Of a stretch of 43,416 nt of DNA, positions 10,360 through 20,452 are shown one piece after another. Source of the DNA: Pseudomonadota bacterium (GTDB taxonomy: Bacteria > Desulfobacterota > WTBG01 > CAIYCZ01 > CAIRTM01); NCBI GenBank assembly GCA_024640785.1, contig JAHEEI010000002.1, forward strand, positions 1 to 43,416, written 5' to 3'. The position numbers and the translations under genes are program-made. Position 1 is the stretch's first letter. Every line of letters begins with the position of its first letter. Under the pieces are notes generated by a model, which saw only the letters and a list, made by a program, of their open reading frames with translations, was not told the DNA's origin and made no database searches.

Positions 10360-11634
10360 ATGAAGGAAAAGGTAAGATTTACCCTGACATCAAAAATTCT
10401 GCTGGCTATGATAACAGGCATAGCTGCCGGCTTTACTGCAAAGTATGTCTTTTCTGGTTCAGAATTCGTCCATATATATATTATTGAAGGGCTTTTTTTT
10501 GTTGTGGGCAAAATCTTTATTAACAGCCTTAAGCTAATAGTTGTACCGCTTGTTTTTGTGTCTCTTGTGTGCGGAACCTGTTCGCTTGGTGATGCGGGCA
10601 AGCTTGGGCGTCTGGGAGTAAAGTGTCTCGGTTTATACCTTTCTACCACAGCAATTGCTGTTTCTGTTGCACTTTTTTTTGCCGTTATAATCGGACCCGG
10701 AAAAGGCACAAATATTCAGCCGGTTTCATATTTGGTAAATGAAGCTCCTGCGATAAAAGATGTCATCATAAACATGCTTCCCTCAAATCCTGTTAAAGCA
10801 ATGGCAGAGGGAAACATGCTTCAAATAATAGTTTTTTCAATCCTTTTCGGAGCGGCTGTGGCCTTTTCCGGAAACACCGGAAAAAGAATTGCTGACATCT
10901 TTAATGATCTGAACACAGTTGTTTTGAAACTTGTTGTTATTTTAATAAGTCTTGCTCCATACGGTGTTTTCTGTCTAATGGCAAAACTTTTTGCAACAGT
11001 CGGATTTGAAACCATAAAAAGCCTTCTCAGCTATTTTCTGCTGGTCTTGTTTGTGCTTCTGATACATACCGGATTGACCTACCCTGTTTTGTTAAAACTG
11101 TTTGCAGGACTTAGCCCTGCTACCTTTTTTAAGAAAATGCGACAACCTGTTCTGGTAGCATTCAGCACCGCAAGCAGCACCGCAACCCTTCCAGTAACTA
11201 TGGAAACAGCTACCGAGCGTCTTGGAATAAGAAACAGTATTGCTTCTTTCACTCTTCCGCTGGGAGCTACCATAAACATGGATGGAACAGCTATTATGCA
11301 GGGAATCGCAACTGTTTTTATAGCGCAGGTCTATAATATTGACCTGTCTTTCAGCCAGTACCTGACTGTAGTACTGACCGCAACCCTGGCTTCCATAGGT
11401 ACTGCAGCTGTTCCAAGTGCAGGTCTTATTATGCTTGCCATGGTTTTACAGCAGGTGGGTCTTCCTGTCGAAGGAATTGCCCTTATTATTGGCGTTGACA
11501 GGCTTCTTGATATGACCCGCACAGCAGTAAATGTTATCGGAGACTGTACGGTCTCCTGTATTGTGGCAAAAAGCGAAAATGAATTTGACAGGTCAATTTT
11601 TTATAACTTGGAATCCGCACAAACAAAAAACTAG
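10360..11634 (+). CDS. Dicarboxylate/amino acid:cation symporter (DAACS family, GltP/SstT-like)
   Basis: Polytopic 424-aa protein with family strings AFSTASSTATLPVTME and GATINMDGTA. Confidence 0.9.
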   Translation: MKEKVRFTLTSKILLAMITGIAAGFTAKYVFSGSEFVHIYIIEGLFFVVGKIFINSLKLIVVPLVFVSLVCGTCSLGDAGKLGRLGVKCLGLYLSTTAIAVSVALFFAVIIGPGKGTNIQPVSYLVNEAPAIKDVIINMLPSNPVKAMAEGNMLQIIVFSILFGAAVAFSGNTGKRIADIFNDLNTVVLKLVVILISLAPYGVFCLMAKLFATVGFETIKSLLSYFLLVLFVLLIHTGLTYPVLLKLFAGLSPATFFKKMRQPVLVAFSTASSTATLPVTMETATERLGIRNSIASFTLPLGATINMDGTAIMQGIATVFIAQVYNIDLSFSQYLTVVLTATLASIGTAAVPSAGLIMLAMVLQQVGLPVEGIALIIGVDRLLDMTRTAVNVIGDCTVSCIVAKSENEFDRSIFYNLESAQTKN

Positions 11635-11772
11635 TCTTAAATTATATTTTAATTTTATGACATTAAAGGTCTAACTCTATTAAATATAATATTTTGTTAA
11701 ATAATATAAATATGTTGTTTTTAAAAGGGTTATTTATTATATTGATTAATAAAAAATAGATTTTAACAGTAT

Positions 11773-14349
11773 ATGCTGGAAAACCCCGGACAAAAGCAGA
11801 AGACTTCTGATGACTTCGAAAAACCGTCCTTAAGAGAAAAGCTTGAAAAGGACGGGACTCTCCGTGCTAGTGCAGTACTTCTTTCCGTTTTACTCTATAT
11901 TATTATTTACTTTTTAATCTATTATTATACTGGTTTGTCAATGGCAATTACCGGAATAATACCGGCTGTTACGGTTGGAGGGGTCTTTGGGCTTCTGCCT
12001 GGAATTTTTGTTGGAATTTTTGCCTTCCCGGTACTTTTTATTTCACACTTTATGCTTGAGGGTGAACTCTGGAACAGTGGTTTTACCATAGGCAGTGCTA
12101 TTTCAGGCACTGGAGCCGTAATCCTTAGCGCGGGTATTGTTGGAAGAATTCGTGACCTTGACATTCGTTTTAGAAAAAGTCTCGGAGAACGAAAACTTGC
12201 CGACGTGGTGCTTTTAGAAAATTTACAAATCCTCAGCCGACAGAAGGCAAAACTTCAGGAGATCAACAAAGGCCTTGAAAACGCCCGTGCGGAAAGAAAA
12301 AGATCTGTTTTAGTCCTTCAGGAAACAGAAAACAGGCTTGAAAAATTGATCGAAATATCTACGGACCCAATTGTTATCTGTGACAGTCAGGGAAAAGCCG
12401 AGAAGCCAAACCAGGCATTTTGTCAAATGGTTGGGTTAGCTGAAAAAGATATGATTGGTAAATCACTACATTCTTTTTCTCTCAATTCACCGGGGAAATA
12501 TCTCCTAGAATCAGGAGAAGAAATTTGCATAGATGAAGACCATTTAAATAATACCAGAAAAAAATTTGATGATTTATTTAATAAAGGCACAATGTTTAAC
12601 TGGGAAGCCTATCTTATTAATTTCAACAAAAAAATCATCTTCACCCGGAACAACGCGGTATGTCTTTATGATGAAAAAAATGAACTTACCAACATCTTTT
12701 TTGTCTTGCGTGATATAACAGAGCAGAGAAAAGCTGAGAAGGCTTTGAGAGCTTCAAAAGAGGAGGCGGAAACAGCCAACCTGTCAAAAAATTTATTCCT
12801 GACCAATATGAGCCATGAAATAAGAACCCCAATGAATGGGGTTATCGGTTTCACAGACATTCTGCTTAACAGCGGTCTTGATTCAACTCAGACAGAGTAT
12901 GCTCTTACCATCAAAAGAAGCGGGGAAGCCCTCCTTTCTCTCATTGACGATATCCTTGATTTTTCAAAAATAGAATCAGGAAAAATTTCGGTTAAGAAAA
13001 TTGATTTTGATGCTGAGCTTCTTGTTCATGATGTGTGCGAATTGATACGCCCTAAGCTTAGCGATAAAAACATAGAAATCCTTTGTCAAATTGAAGAGGA
13101 TGTGCCTTCCCAGATAAACTGCGATCCATACCGGTTCAGGCAGGTTCTGGTTAATTTAATGGGAAATGCGGCAAAGTTTACCAAAGAGGGAGAAATTGAA
13201 CTTTCTGTTGCTGTGGAAGACAAAACAGAAAACAAAATAAAACTGCACACCAGGGTTAGAGATACCGGCATCGGCATTCCAAAAGACAAAATCAACAGCA
13301 TCTTTGAAGGATTTAACCAGGCGGACAATTCAACCACAAGAAAGTATGGAGGGACAGGACTTGGACTTTCTATCAGTAAAAAAATAGCCGCTATTATGGG
13401 GGGCAATGTCTGGGCAGAAAGTGAACCTGGAAAAGGAAGTGTTTTTCATTTTACAGCATGGGTAGAAAAGGCAGTGATTAAACATAAAAAGAGACACGAA
13501 AAGAAAAATTTCAAAAACAAAAAAGTTCTTATTTATGATTCAAACAGGGCAAGCCTTAAAATTTTGAGCAAGCGTCTTAAATCCATCGAAATGGTAGTAA
13601 CAAAAACAGATCGGGCAGAAAGTGTTATAGAAGCCATTGAGTCTGATGCTAAGGCGAACAAACCCTATGATATCTGTATTCTTGATATATCAGACTCTGA
13701 TGAAACAGGCTTTGAAACTGCCCGAAAAATCCGTTCTTCCGAAAGCAGTAACATACCTATAGTTGCATTGTCTTCTTCGGTTGATATAAGCGCTAAGAGG
13801 TGTAAAGAATATGGATTTAACGGATTTCTACCAAAGCCTGTCAGCAGTAACAAGCTTTACAAAATGATTGAATGGCTTTTCTGTGAATCAGAAAAAAAAC
13901 CATTGCTAGAAGACGCTGTAAACACTGAAATCATTACCCAATACTCAATACGTGAAGACATAAAGCACTCGGTCTCAATACTTCTGGCTGAAGACAATTT
14001 GATCAATCAAAAACTTGCGGAAAAGCTTTTTACACAAGCGGGGTATATTGTTGATACCGTAAATAACGGTGAAGAAGCCGTTAACATGTTTTTATCAAAC
14101 CAGAACAAATACGATATTATATTTATGGATGTCCAGATGCCGGTGCTTAACGGACACGAGGCGACTAAAAGGCTTCGGGGAAAAGGTTTTAAGGACATCC
14201 CAATTGTTGCAGTAACCGCGAACGTAGTAAAGGGCTCCAGGGAAGAATGTCTTGAGGCGGGCATGAACGACTATATAACAAAACCCATAAAAAGAGAGAT
14301 TATTTTTCAGATAATAAATAAATGGGTAATTGAAAAGGAAACAACATAA
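11773..14349 (+). CDS. Hybrid sensor histidine kinase (TM sensor, coiled coil, PAS, HisKA, HATPase_c, degenerate REC, REC)
   Basis: H-box MSHEIRTPMNG (His348, nt 12814-12816). N/G boxes are NLMGNAAKFT and DTGIGIP...GGTGLGLSI. The C-terminal receiver has DVQMPVLNG (Asp786, nt 14128-14130) and KP. The middle receiver-like domain keeps an Asp (D638) in an atypical context (ILDISDSDETG). Confidence 0.9.
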   Translation: MLENPGQKQKTSDDFEKPSLREKLEKDGTLRASAVLLSVLLYIIIYFLIYYYTGLSMAITGIIPAVTVGGVFGLLPGIFVGIFAFPVLFISHFMLEGELWNSGFTIGSAISGTGAVILSAGIVGRIRDLDIRFRKSLGERKLADVVLLENLQILSRQKAKLQEINKGLENARAERKRSVLVLQETENRLEKLIEISTDPIVICDSQGKAEKPNQAFCQMVGLAEKDMIGKSLHSFSLNSPGKYLLESGEEICIDEDHLNNTRKKFDDLFNKGTMFNWEAYLINFNKKIIFTRNNAVCLYDEKNELTNIFFVLRDITEQRKAEKALRASKEEAETANLSKNLFLTNMSHEIRTPMNGVIGFTDILLNSGLDSTQTEYALTIKRSGEALLSLIDDILDFSKIESGKISVKKIDFDAELLVHDVCELIRPKLSDKNIEILCQIEEDVPSQINCDPYRFRQVLVNLMGNAAKFTKEGEIELSVAVEDKTENKIKLHTRVRDTGIGIPKDKINSIFEGFNQADNSTTRKYGGTGLGLSISKKIAAIMGGNVWAESEPGKGSVFHFTAWVEKAVIKHKKRHEKKNFKNKKVLIYDSNRASLKILSKRLKSIEMVVTKTDRAESVIEAIESDAKANKPYDICILDISDSDETGFETARKIRSSESSNIPIVALSSSVDISAKRCKEYGFNGFLPKPVSSNKLYKMIEWLFCESEKKPLLEDAVNTEIITQYSIREDIKHSVSILLAEDNLINQKLAEKLFTQAGYIVDTVNNGEEAVNMFLSNQNKYDIIFMDVQMPVLNGHEATKRLRGKGFKDIPIVAVTANVVKGSREECLEAGMNDYITKPIKREIIFQIINKWVIEKETT

Positions 14350-14374
14350 CCGGGCATTTTTTATATTGTAGACC

Positions 14375-16942
14375 ATGACAGACAAAGAAAATAAAAAAAA
14401 TACTCCAGGAAAGATAAAAGCACCGGAAATCCATTCGCAGAAAAGTTCTGCCCGCATTAGAATGGCCTGCCTGCTTTCTGTGCTTTGTTATTTTCTGCTT
14501 TTTACTTTCTTTGCTAAAAATACAGGGTCAGGAATGGCGATAACAGTCATTCTTCCGGTTATAACTTTTTCATGGTTTTACGGTAAAAATATTGGAATAG
14601 CTGCTGGGCTTCTAAGCTTGCCGACAAACTTTATGATGGCTATAATTTTCGGCCTGCCATGGTGGGATAAAGTTTTTATGCGTGGCGCAGGCATAGTAGG
14701 AACCCTCGGTTGTGTTTCTATGGGGCTACTTGTAGGGTATCTGCGCGATTTGTCTCTAAAAGCCAGCTTCGAAATCTCGACCCGAAAACAGGCAGAAAAT
14801 AGGGTCAAAAGACATCAGAACCAGCTAAACGAACAGTCCTTTATGCTCCAGAGGAAGAACAAAAAACTTAAGGAAGAGATTTTCCAAATAGAACAGCTGG
14901 CAATAAACGCCAATAAAATAAAAGAGTATCTCGAACGATTTGTAAGCCTTTCCCCAGACCCTATTGTTATTGCAGATATAGAGGGAAACATTATAACCCC
15001 GAATAATGCTTTTCTTGATATGATTGGATGTTCTGCTGAAGAGGTTTTAGGCCGGCCTACTTATCATTTTGTAGTTAATCGCAAAGGTATTTTTGAGACT
15101 ACTTACAATGGAAAAGTTGATTTACAGGAAGATTATCTTCAAAGAACAAAAGAGGATATAAACAGATTCTTTAAAGAAGGAAAGATATCAAACCGTGAAA
15201 TTTATTTTCAGCGTAAAGACGGCAAAGTCGTTCCTGTTAACCAGAGTATTGTGATGCTTAAAGGTGAACAGGTTATGCGCTCTGCTATCTTTTCCATAAT
15301 GCAGGATTTAACAGAACAAAAAAAAGTTGAAATAGAGCTGATAGAAGCAAGACGAGCAGCCAATGATGCAAACCGTTCCAAAAGTACATTTCTGGCAAAT
15401 ATGAGCCATGAAATAAGAACACCTATGAACGGGGTAATCGGGTTCGCTGATATACTGGTGGGGACAGGTCTTAACCCTGATCAAAAAGACTATGCCTTAA
15501 CCATAAAACGAAGCGCTGAGACACTCCTTTCACTGATCAATGACATCCTTGATTTTTCTAAGATAGATGCTGGGAAAATGGAAATGGAGGAGATTGACTT
15601 TGATGTAGAATTGCTTGTCTACAATGCCTGCGAATTTATAGAGACAAGAATAGATAAAAACAGGGTGGAGCTTCTCTGCCAGATTGAGGACAATTTGCCT
15701 GCGGAAGTAATGGGTGATCCGCAAAAGTTCAGACAGGTTCTTGTAAACTTACTGGGGAATGCTGCAAAGTTTACTGAAGGGGGAAAAATAGAATTGGCAC
15801 TTAAGGTTGAAGAAGAACAGGACGAATGCATTAAACTGCATACAAGCGTTAAAGATACCGGAATAGGAATTCCTTCTGAAAAGCTTGAAAGCATTTTCAA
15901 CCTGTTCCATCAGGCAGACAACTCTCAAAACAGAAAATATGGCGGGGCAGGCCTGGGGCTTTCTATCTCCCGAAAAACAGCGGTTCTCCTGGGTGGAGAT
16001 GTCTGGGCTGAAAGCAATCCCGGAAAAGGCAGTATCTTTCATTTTACCGCATGGGTTAAAAAAACAAAAATGAAAAACGCACATAGGCTTGTGCCAGCTT
16101 CTCTTTTCGGGAAGAAAGCCTTGATCGCTGATGACAGTAAATTAAATCTTGAGATTCTCACCCATATTTTAAAATCTGCGGGCATGAATGTCTTCGTATC
16201 TTCCAGCGAAACAAACATACTTAAAACTTTAAAGGAGGCCTGCAAAAAAAAGGCTCCCGTTGATATCTGTATTTTAAATATAGTAATGCCGAGCATGAAC
16301 GGTTATGATGTGGCAAAAAAGATCCGGGCAGAACATGGTGCTTCAATTCCTCTGATTGCTTTTTCCTCTTCAATAGAAGATAGTATGGAAAAATGCCAGA
16401 ATGCAGGTTATAATGGTTTCCTGCCAAAACCGATTAACAAAATCAAGCTATACAATATGATGGGGAGGCTTCTTGGTAAGCCTGAAGACAAAGATGAACA
16501 GCAACAAAAAGTTAAAAAAGATACAAAAATAGATACACAGTATTCTATTCATGAAGTTGTTAAGCATTCAATTTCTATTCTTCTTGCTGAAGATAACGCT
16601 GTTAATCAGAAGCTGGCAACAAAACTTCTGACAAAGGAAGGTTACCGTGTTGAAATAGCAAATAACGGCAAAGAGGCTCTGGATATATACCTGAGTTCTC
16701 CAGAAAAGTATGATATAATTCTGATGGATATTCAGATGCCCGAGCTTAACGGCCTTGAGACTACAAGAATTTTAAGAAGCAAAGGTTTCGAACAAATTCC
16801 GATAATTGCCATGACAGCAAACACAATGGATGGTGACCGTAAAAAGTGTTTTGAAGTCGGGATGAACGACTATATCTCCAAGCCGATAAGAAGAGAAATA
16901 GTATTCCAGGTCTTAAAGAAATGGGTATGTGTAAAAGCTTAG
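14375..16942 (+). CDS. Hybrid sensor histidine kinase, tandem paralogue of the upstream gene
   Basis: Same architecture. H-box MSHEIRTPMNG (His345, nt 15407-15409). The C-terminal receiver has Asp785 (nt 16727-16729). The middle receiver-like domain has Asn where the phospho-acceptor Asp is expected (ILNIVMPSMNG, Asn635, nt 16277-16279). The gene starts 25 nt after the upstream stop. Confidence 0.9.
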   Translation: MTDKENKKNTPGKIKAPEIHSQKSSARIRMACLLSVLCYFLLFTFFAKNTGSGMAITVILPVITFSWFYGKNIGIAAGLLSLPTNFMMAIIFGLPWWDKVFMRGAGIVGTLGCVSMGLLVGYLRDLSLKASFEISTRKQAENRVKRHQNQLNEQSFMLQRKNKKLKEEIFQIEQLAINANKIKEYLERFVSLSPDPIVIADIEGNIITPNNAFLDMIGCSAEEVLGRPTYHFVVNRKGIFETTYNGKVDLQEDYLQRTKEDINRFFKEGKISNREIYFQRKDGKVVPVNQSIVMLKGEQVMRSAIFSIMQDLTEQKKVEIELIEARRAANDANRSKSTFLANMSHEIRTPMNGVIGFADILVGTGLNPDQKDYALTIKRSAETLLSLINDILDFSKIDAGKMEMEEIDFDVELLVYNACEFIETRIDKNRVELLCQIEDNLPAEVMGDPQKFRQVLVNLLGNAAKFTEGGKIELALKVEEEQDECIKLHTSVKDTGIGIPSEKLESIFNLFHQADNSQNRKYGGAGLGLSISRKTAVLLGGDVWAESNPGKGSIFHFTAWVKKTKMKNAHRLVPASLFGKKALIADDSKLNLEILTHILKSAGMNVFVSSSETNILKTLKEACKKKAPVDICILNIVMPSMNGYDVAKKIRAEHGASIPLIAFSSSIEDSMEKCQNAGYNGFLPKPINKIKLYNMMGRLLGKPEDKDEQQQKVKKDTKIDTQYSIHEVVKHSISILLAEDNAVNQKLATKLLTKEGYRVEIANNGKEALDIYLSSPEKYDIILMDIQMPELNGLETTRILRSKGFEQIPIIAMTANTMDGDRKKCFEVGMNDYISKPIRREIVFQVLKKWVCVKA

Positions 16943-16975
16943 CCCAATAAATTTCAAAATCTTTTAATTTAAAAA

Positions 16976-17734
16976 ATGAAACTTAAAAAAATCACAGATT
17001 ACCTTAATAAATATCTGGAAATAGAGACTTTCAGTGATGCTTCCGCAAACGGCTTACAGGTCGAAAATAGCGGAAAGGTTAAAAAAATTGGGTTAGCGGT
17101 AGATGCAAGTCTGGAAATAATAAAAAAAGCGGCTGCTGAAAAATGTGGGCTTCTTATTGTGCACCACGGTCTTTTCTGGGGGAAGCAGAACCTTATCACA
17201 GACAATCATTACAAACGTGTTAAGGCGCTTATCTCTGGTGATATAGCACTCTATTCGGCTCACCTTCCTTTGGATGCTCATCCGAAAACAGGAAATAATG
17301 CTCAGATCGCAAAAAAAATAGGCCTTCATAATATTGAACCTTTTGCCCTATACAATGGAAAAAACATTGGGATGATGGGAAAGTTTAAGAAAAATAAATC
17401 CCTTAAAGAAACAATAACAAAAATTCAAAAACAGATCGGAATGTGCAAGAATATCCTTAAATTCGGCCCGAAAGAAATTTCTTCAGTTGGTGTTGTCTCC
17501 GGCTCAGCAACAGATATAGACCTTTTTAAAGAGGTTAAGAGCTTGGGAATTGATATTCTGATAAGTGGCGAGCCAAAGTATGAGGCCTATTATCTTGCAC
17601 AGGAGATCGGTCTTAATATTTTTTATGGCGGACACTACATGACGGAAACATTTGGAATCAAAGCACTTGGCAAAGTTTTGCAGGAAAAGATGGATCTTCA
17701 TACGGTTTTTTTTGATATTAAATGTACTTTGTAA
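16976..17734 (+). CDS. Nif3-like dinuclear metal centre protein (YbgI / GTP cyclohydrolase I type 2 family)
   Basis: The N-terminal pattern ...DASANGLQVENSGKVKKIGLAVDAS...LLIVHHGLFW and a length of 252 aa are typical of Nif3/YbgI. Confidence 0.85.
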   Translation: MKLKKITDYLNKYLEIETFSDASANGLQVENSGKVKKIGLAVDASLEIIKKAAAEKCGLLIVHHGLFWGKQNLITDNHYKRVKALISGDIALYSAHLPLDAHPKTGNNAQIAKKIGLHNIEPFALYNGKNIGMMGKFKKNKSLKETITKIQKQIGMCKNILKFGPKEISSVGVVSGSATDIDLFKEVKSLGIDILISGEPKYEAYYLAQEIGLNIFYGGHYMTETFGIKALGKVLQEKMDLHTVFFDIKCTL

Positions 17735-17778
17735 AATTTAAAACTTACTAACAAGAAAAAGAGGTAAAGGAGATTCCC

Positions 17779-18774
17779 ATGGTACAGTTTGAACAGACAT
17801 TTGAAAATTTCATAATGAGACATCAGGAAAACTATAACAGATCCTATCATTTCTTGATTCTTATGGATGCTATTATAACAGCAGCTACAAGAATTGAACT
17901 TTATTACCGTACCGGTGCACTAAAGGATAATTTGGGAGCGTCCGGCAGCACCAATGTTCATGGTGAAAAGGTTTTGCAGATGGATGAGATTGCTCATAAT
18001 ATAGTTGTTCACTACTTGAATTCTTCTGAAAGGATTATTCAGGCTGTAAGTGAGGAATCTGAAGAAATTATTACCATGAACATGGATGGCGGAAGATATT
18101 TTATCTATTTCGATCCCCTTGACGGATCATCAAACGTGGCTCATGGGCTTCCTGTTGGTTTTATGTTTGGTATTGCCAAGAGAAACTTTGAGGGAAACAT
18201 TCAGGGGCCCGAAGATTTTCATCTGAGAGCCGGAAATGAGTTCATCGCTTCGGGTATGTTTGTAATCCCAACGGGAATGTTTACTCTGGCGCTTCGTGAC
18301 GCAGGCTGCTGGAGATTTCATGCAGATGAAACAAACACCTATGTGAAACCGACACGCATAATACTTCCCAAAGACACTGAGAAATGGGAACTGTCCTTTA
18401 ATTCTGCAAACACCTATACCTTTGGAGAGAATGTTCAGGAGTGGATCCGGGAAAATGAAAAGAAGTTTACTTTTAGATATCTTGGTGCCTTGGCCGGAGA
18501 TTTTCACCGGCTTCTTTCCAATGGAGGAATGTTCATGTATCCTGCAATACTAAATCATCCGGATTCAAAAAAGAACCGTCCACAAGGAAAGCTTCGTTTG
18601 ATGTATGAGGCAAATGTTGTTGCCATGATGTGCAATGAAGCAGGCGGGGCAGCCGTAAATGAAGCGGGAGATTCCATTCTTGATATTAAACCGGAAACAC
18701 ACCACCAGAGAACGACCCTTTATGTCGGTTCAAAACCGATGATTGAGGAGATTACAAAAATACTTAAGAAATAA
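17779..18774 (+). CDS. fbp: Fructose-1,6-bisphosphatase, class 1
   Basis: Metal-site motif FDPLDGSSN, a LRLMYEANVVAMM-type C-terminal region, and a length of 331 aa. AAGGAG lies 6 nt upstream of the ATG. Confidence 0.9.
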   Translation: MVQFEQTFENFIMRHQENYNRSYHFLILMDAIITAATRIELYYRTGALKDNLGASGSTNVHGEKVLQMDEIAHNIVVHYLNSSERIIQAVSEESEEIITMNMDGGRYFIYFDPLDGSSNVAHGLPVGFMFGIAKRNFEGNIQGPEDFHLRAGNEFIASGMFVIPTGMFTLALRDAGCWRFHADETNTYVKPTRIILPKDTEKWELSFNSANTYTFGENVQEWIRENEKKFTFRYLGALAGDFHRLLSNGGMFMYPAILNHPDSKKNRPQGKLRLMYEANVVAMMCNEAGGAAVNEAGDSILDIKPETHHQRTTLYVGSKPMIEEITKILKK

Positions 18775-18791
18775 CGATTATTAAAAACCTT

Positions 18792-18829
18792 AAAGGCAGG
18801 TCTCTGCTACTCTTGCGGTCTGCCTTTTT
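18792..18829 (+). terminator. Possible intrinsic terminator after fbp
   Basis: Stem AAAGGCAG (18792-18799) / CUGCCUUU (18820-18827) runs into a U-tract. The 20-nt loop is large, so this is only moderate. Confidence 0.4.
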
Positions 18830-18855
18830 CATTTTAATTAAACAACCTAAATATT

Positions 18856-19320
18856 GTGATGGCAACCAGCTCAAGAATAATAGCACAGAACAAGAAAGCG
18901 CGTCATGACTATCATATCCTTGATACCTTTGAGGCGGGGATAGTTCTGGTCGGAAGCGAAGTAAAATCATGCCGACAGGGAGGCGCAAGCCTCAGGGACT
19001 GTTATGCAAGGATTGATAACAATGAAGTCTTTCTCGTTAATGCTCATATCAGTCCCTATAAGTTTGCCAACAGGTTTAACCATGAGCCTTTACGCAAAAG
19101 AAAACTCCTGTTCCACCGTCTTGAAATAAAAAAGTTTCATGGCAAACTGAGGGAAAAAGGTCAGTCGCTCATTCCCCTTAAAATTTACTTCAACAGCAGA
19201 GGTAAAGTAAAAGTCGAACTTGCGTTGGCAAAAGGAAAGAAAAATTATGACCGCCGCGAGGATATAAAGAAGAGAGATATGAAGCGTGACGCTGAAAAAG
19301 AACTTAAGCAACGTCATTGA
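18856..19320 (+). CDS. smpB: SsrA-binding protein SmpB
   Basis: Canonical N-terminus ([30 protein letters not shown]) and a basic C-terminal tail. The start is GTG at 18856 or ATG at 18859. Confidence 0.93.
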   Translation: MMATSSRIIAQNKKARHDYHILDTFEAGIVLVGSEVKSCRQGGASLRDCYARIDNNEVFLVNAHISPYKFANRFNHEPLRKRKLLFHRLEIKKFHGKLREKGQSLIPLKIYFNSRGKVKVELALAKGKKNYDRREDIKKRDMKRDAEKELKQRH

Positions 19321-19432
19321 TTCACCCAAAACCAAAAGAAAACAGGCTGCCAAGTGCCGGCAATCCTCGATGCAAAATAAAAAAATAAAGCTGTGATAAA
19401 TTTTTATGTAAACACCTTGAAAAAAGGATGCG

Positions 19433-20410
19433 ATGAAAAAAAAACTCGACTTTAATATCCTTTTTACCAGCGTGGGAAGACGCGTCTCGCTGATAAGACA
19501 TTTCAAAAAAACAGTTGCCGATCTCGGCCTTAAAGGAAATATTTCAGGTGTTGATATTAGTGATAGTGCTCCCGCCTTCCATGTAATTGAGAAGGCATAC
19601 AAAATCTGCCGGATTGATGATCCCGGCTATATCGATGAGTTAATTAAATTATGCAAGGAGGATAAGGTAAACCTTGTTTTCCCCCTTATTGACACGGATC
19701 TCCTGAAGCTTTCAGAAGCAAGAGAAAGGTTTTTAGAGGTGGGAACAAATGTTGTTATATCTGATCCTGAACTTATAAAAACATCCCTCGACAAGAAAAA
19801 AACCCATGATTTTTTTGTCTCTGAAGATGTTGGCACACCGGAACTAATTGATCTCAAGACAACCTCTGAAGCTGACCTTGCCTATCCTTTATTTATTAAG
19901 CCTGTTGACGGTAATGCAAGCAAAGAAATTTTTAAAGTGAGAAACCAAAAAGAACTGTTGTTTTTTAAAGACTATGTAAAAAGGCCCATCCTTCAGGAAC
20001 ATCTTGAGGGCACTGAATACACGCTTGATCTTTTGTTTGATTTTAATAGTGAGCTGCGCTGTGTTGTTCCTAGAAAGAGAATTGAAGTAAGATCCGGAGA
20101 AGTAAGCAAGGGAAGGGTTGATTGTGAGGAAATAGTTTTAGATGCCGGATGGAAACTAGGCAAAAAAATGAAAGGGGCACGGGGCTGTTTAAATGCCCAG
20201 TGTTTTTTAACTAATGATGGAGCTGTAAAGTTTGTAGAAATAAACCCGAGGTTTGGAGGAGGCGCGCCCCTGTCAATATATGCAGGAGCGGATTTTCCCA
20301 GATGGATTATAGAAATGACTCTCGGTAATGATCCCGGGGATATAAGCCGTGCCTTCAAAAATAATGTCTTAATGCTTCGTTATGATGACGCAGTCTTTAT
20401 TGATGGTTAA
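19433..20410 (+). CDS. ATP-grasp domain protein (carbamoyl-phosphate-synthase-like ligase of unknown substrate)
   Basis: N-terminal ILFTSVGRRVSLIRHFK and later ...FIKPVDGNASKEIF..., ...QEHLEGTEYTLD..., ...EINPRFGGG fit the ATP-grasp fold. AAGGA serves as the Shine-Dalgarno sequence. Confidence 0.75.
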   Translation: MKKKLDFNILFTSVGRRVSLIRHFKKTVADLGLKGNISGVDISDSAPAFHVIEKAYKICRIDDPGYIDELIKLCKEDKVNLVFPLIDTDLLKLSEARERFLEVGTNVVISDPELIKTSLDKKKTHDFFVSEDVGTPELIDLKTTSEADLAYPLFIKPVDGNASKEIFKVRNQKELLFFKDYVKRPILQEHLEGTEYTLDLLFDFNSELRCVVPRKRIEVRSGEVSKGRVDCEEIVLDAGWKLGKKMKGARGCLNAQCFLTNDGAVKFVEINPRFGGGAPLSIYAGADFPRWIIEMTLGNDPGDISRAFKNNVLMLRYDDAVFIDG

Positions 20411-20452
20411 GGTGTTTCATTCAACAATCTTTTTCTCACTTATATTATTAAT

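Noticed and set aside
19090-19602. 170-aa minus-strand ORF spanning the smpB 3' end and the ATP-grasp 5' end.
   Set aside because: It is antisense to two well-supported genes. The hydrophobic, Phe/Leu-rich translation is typical of AT-rich antisense frames, and there is no Shine-Dalgarno sequence.
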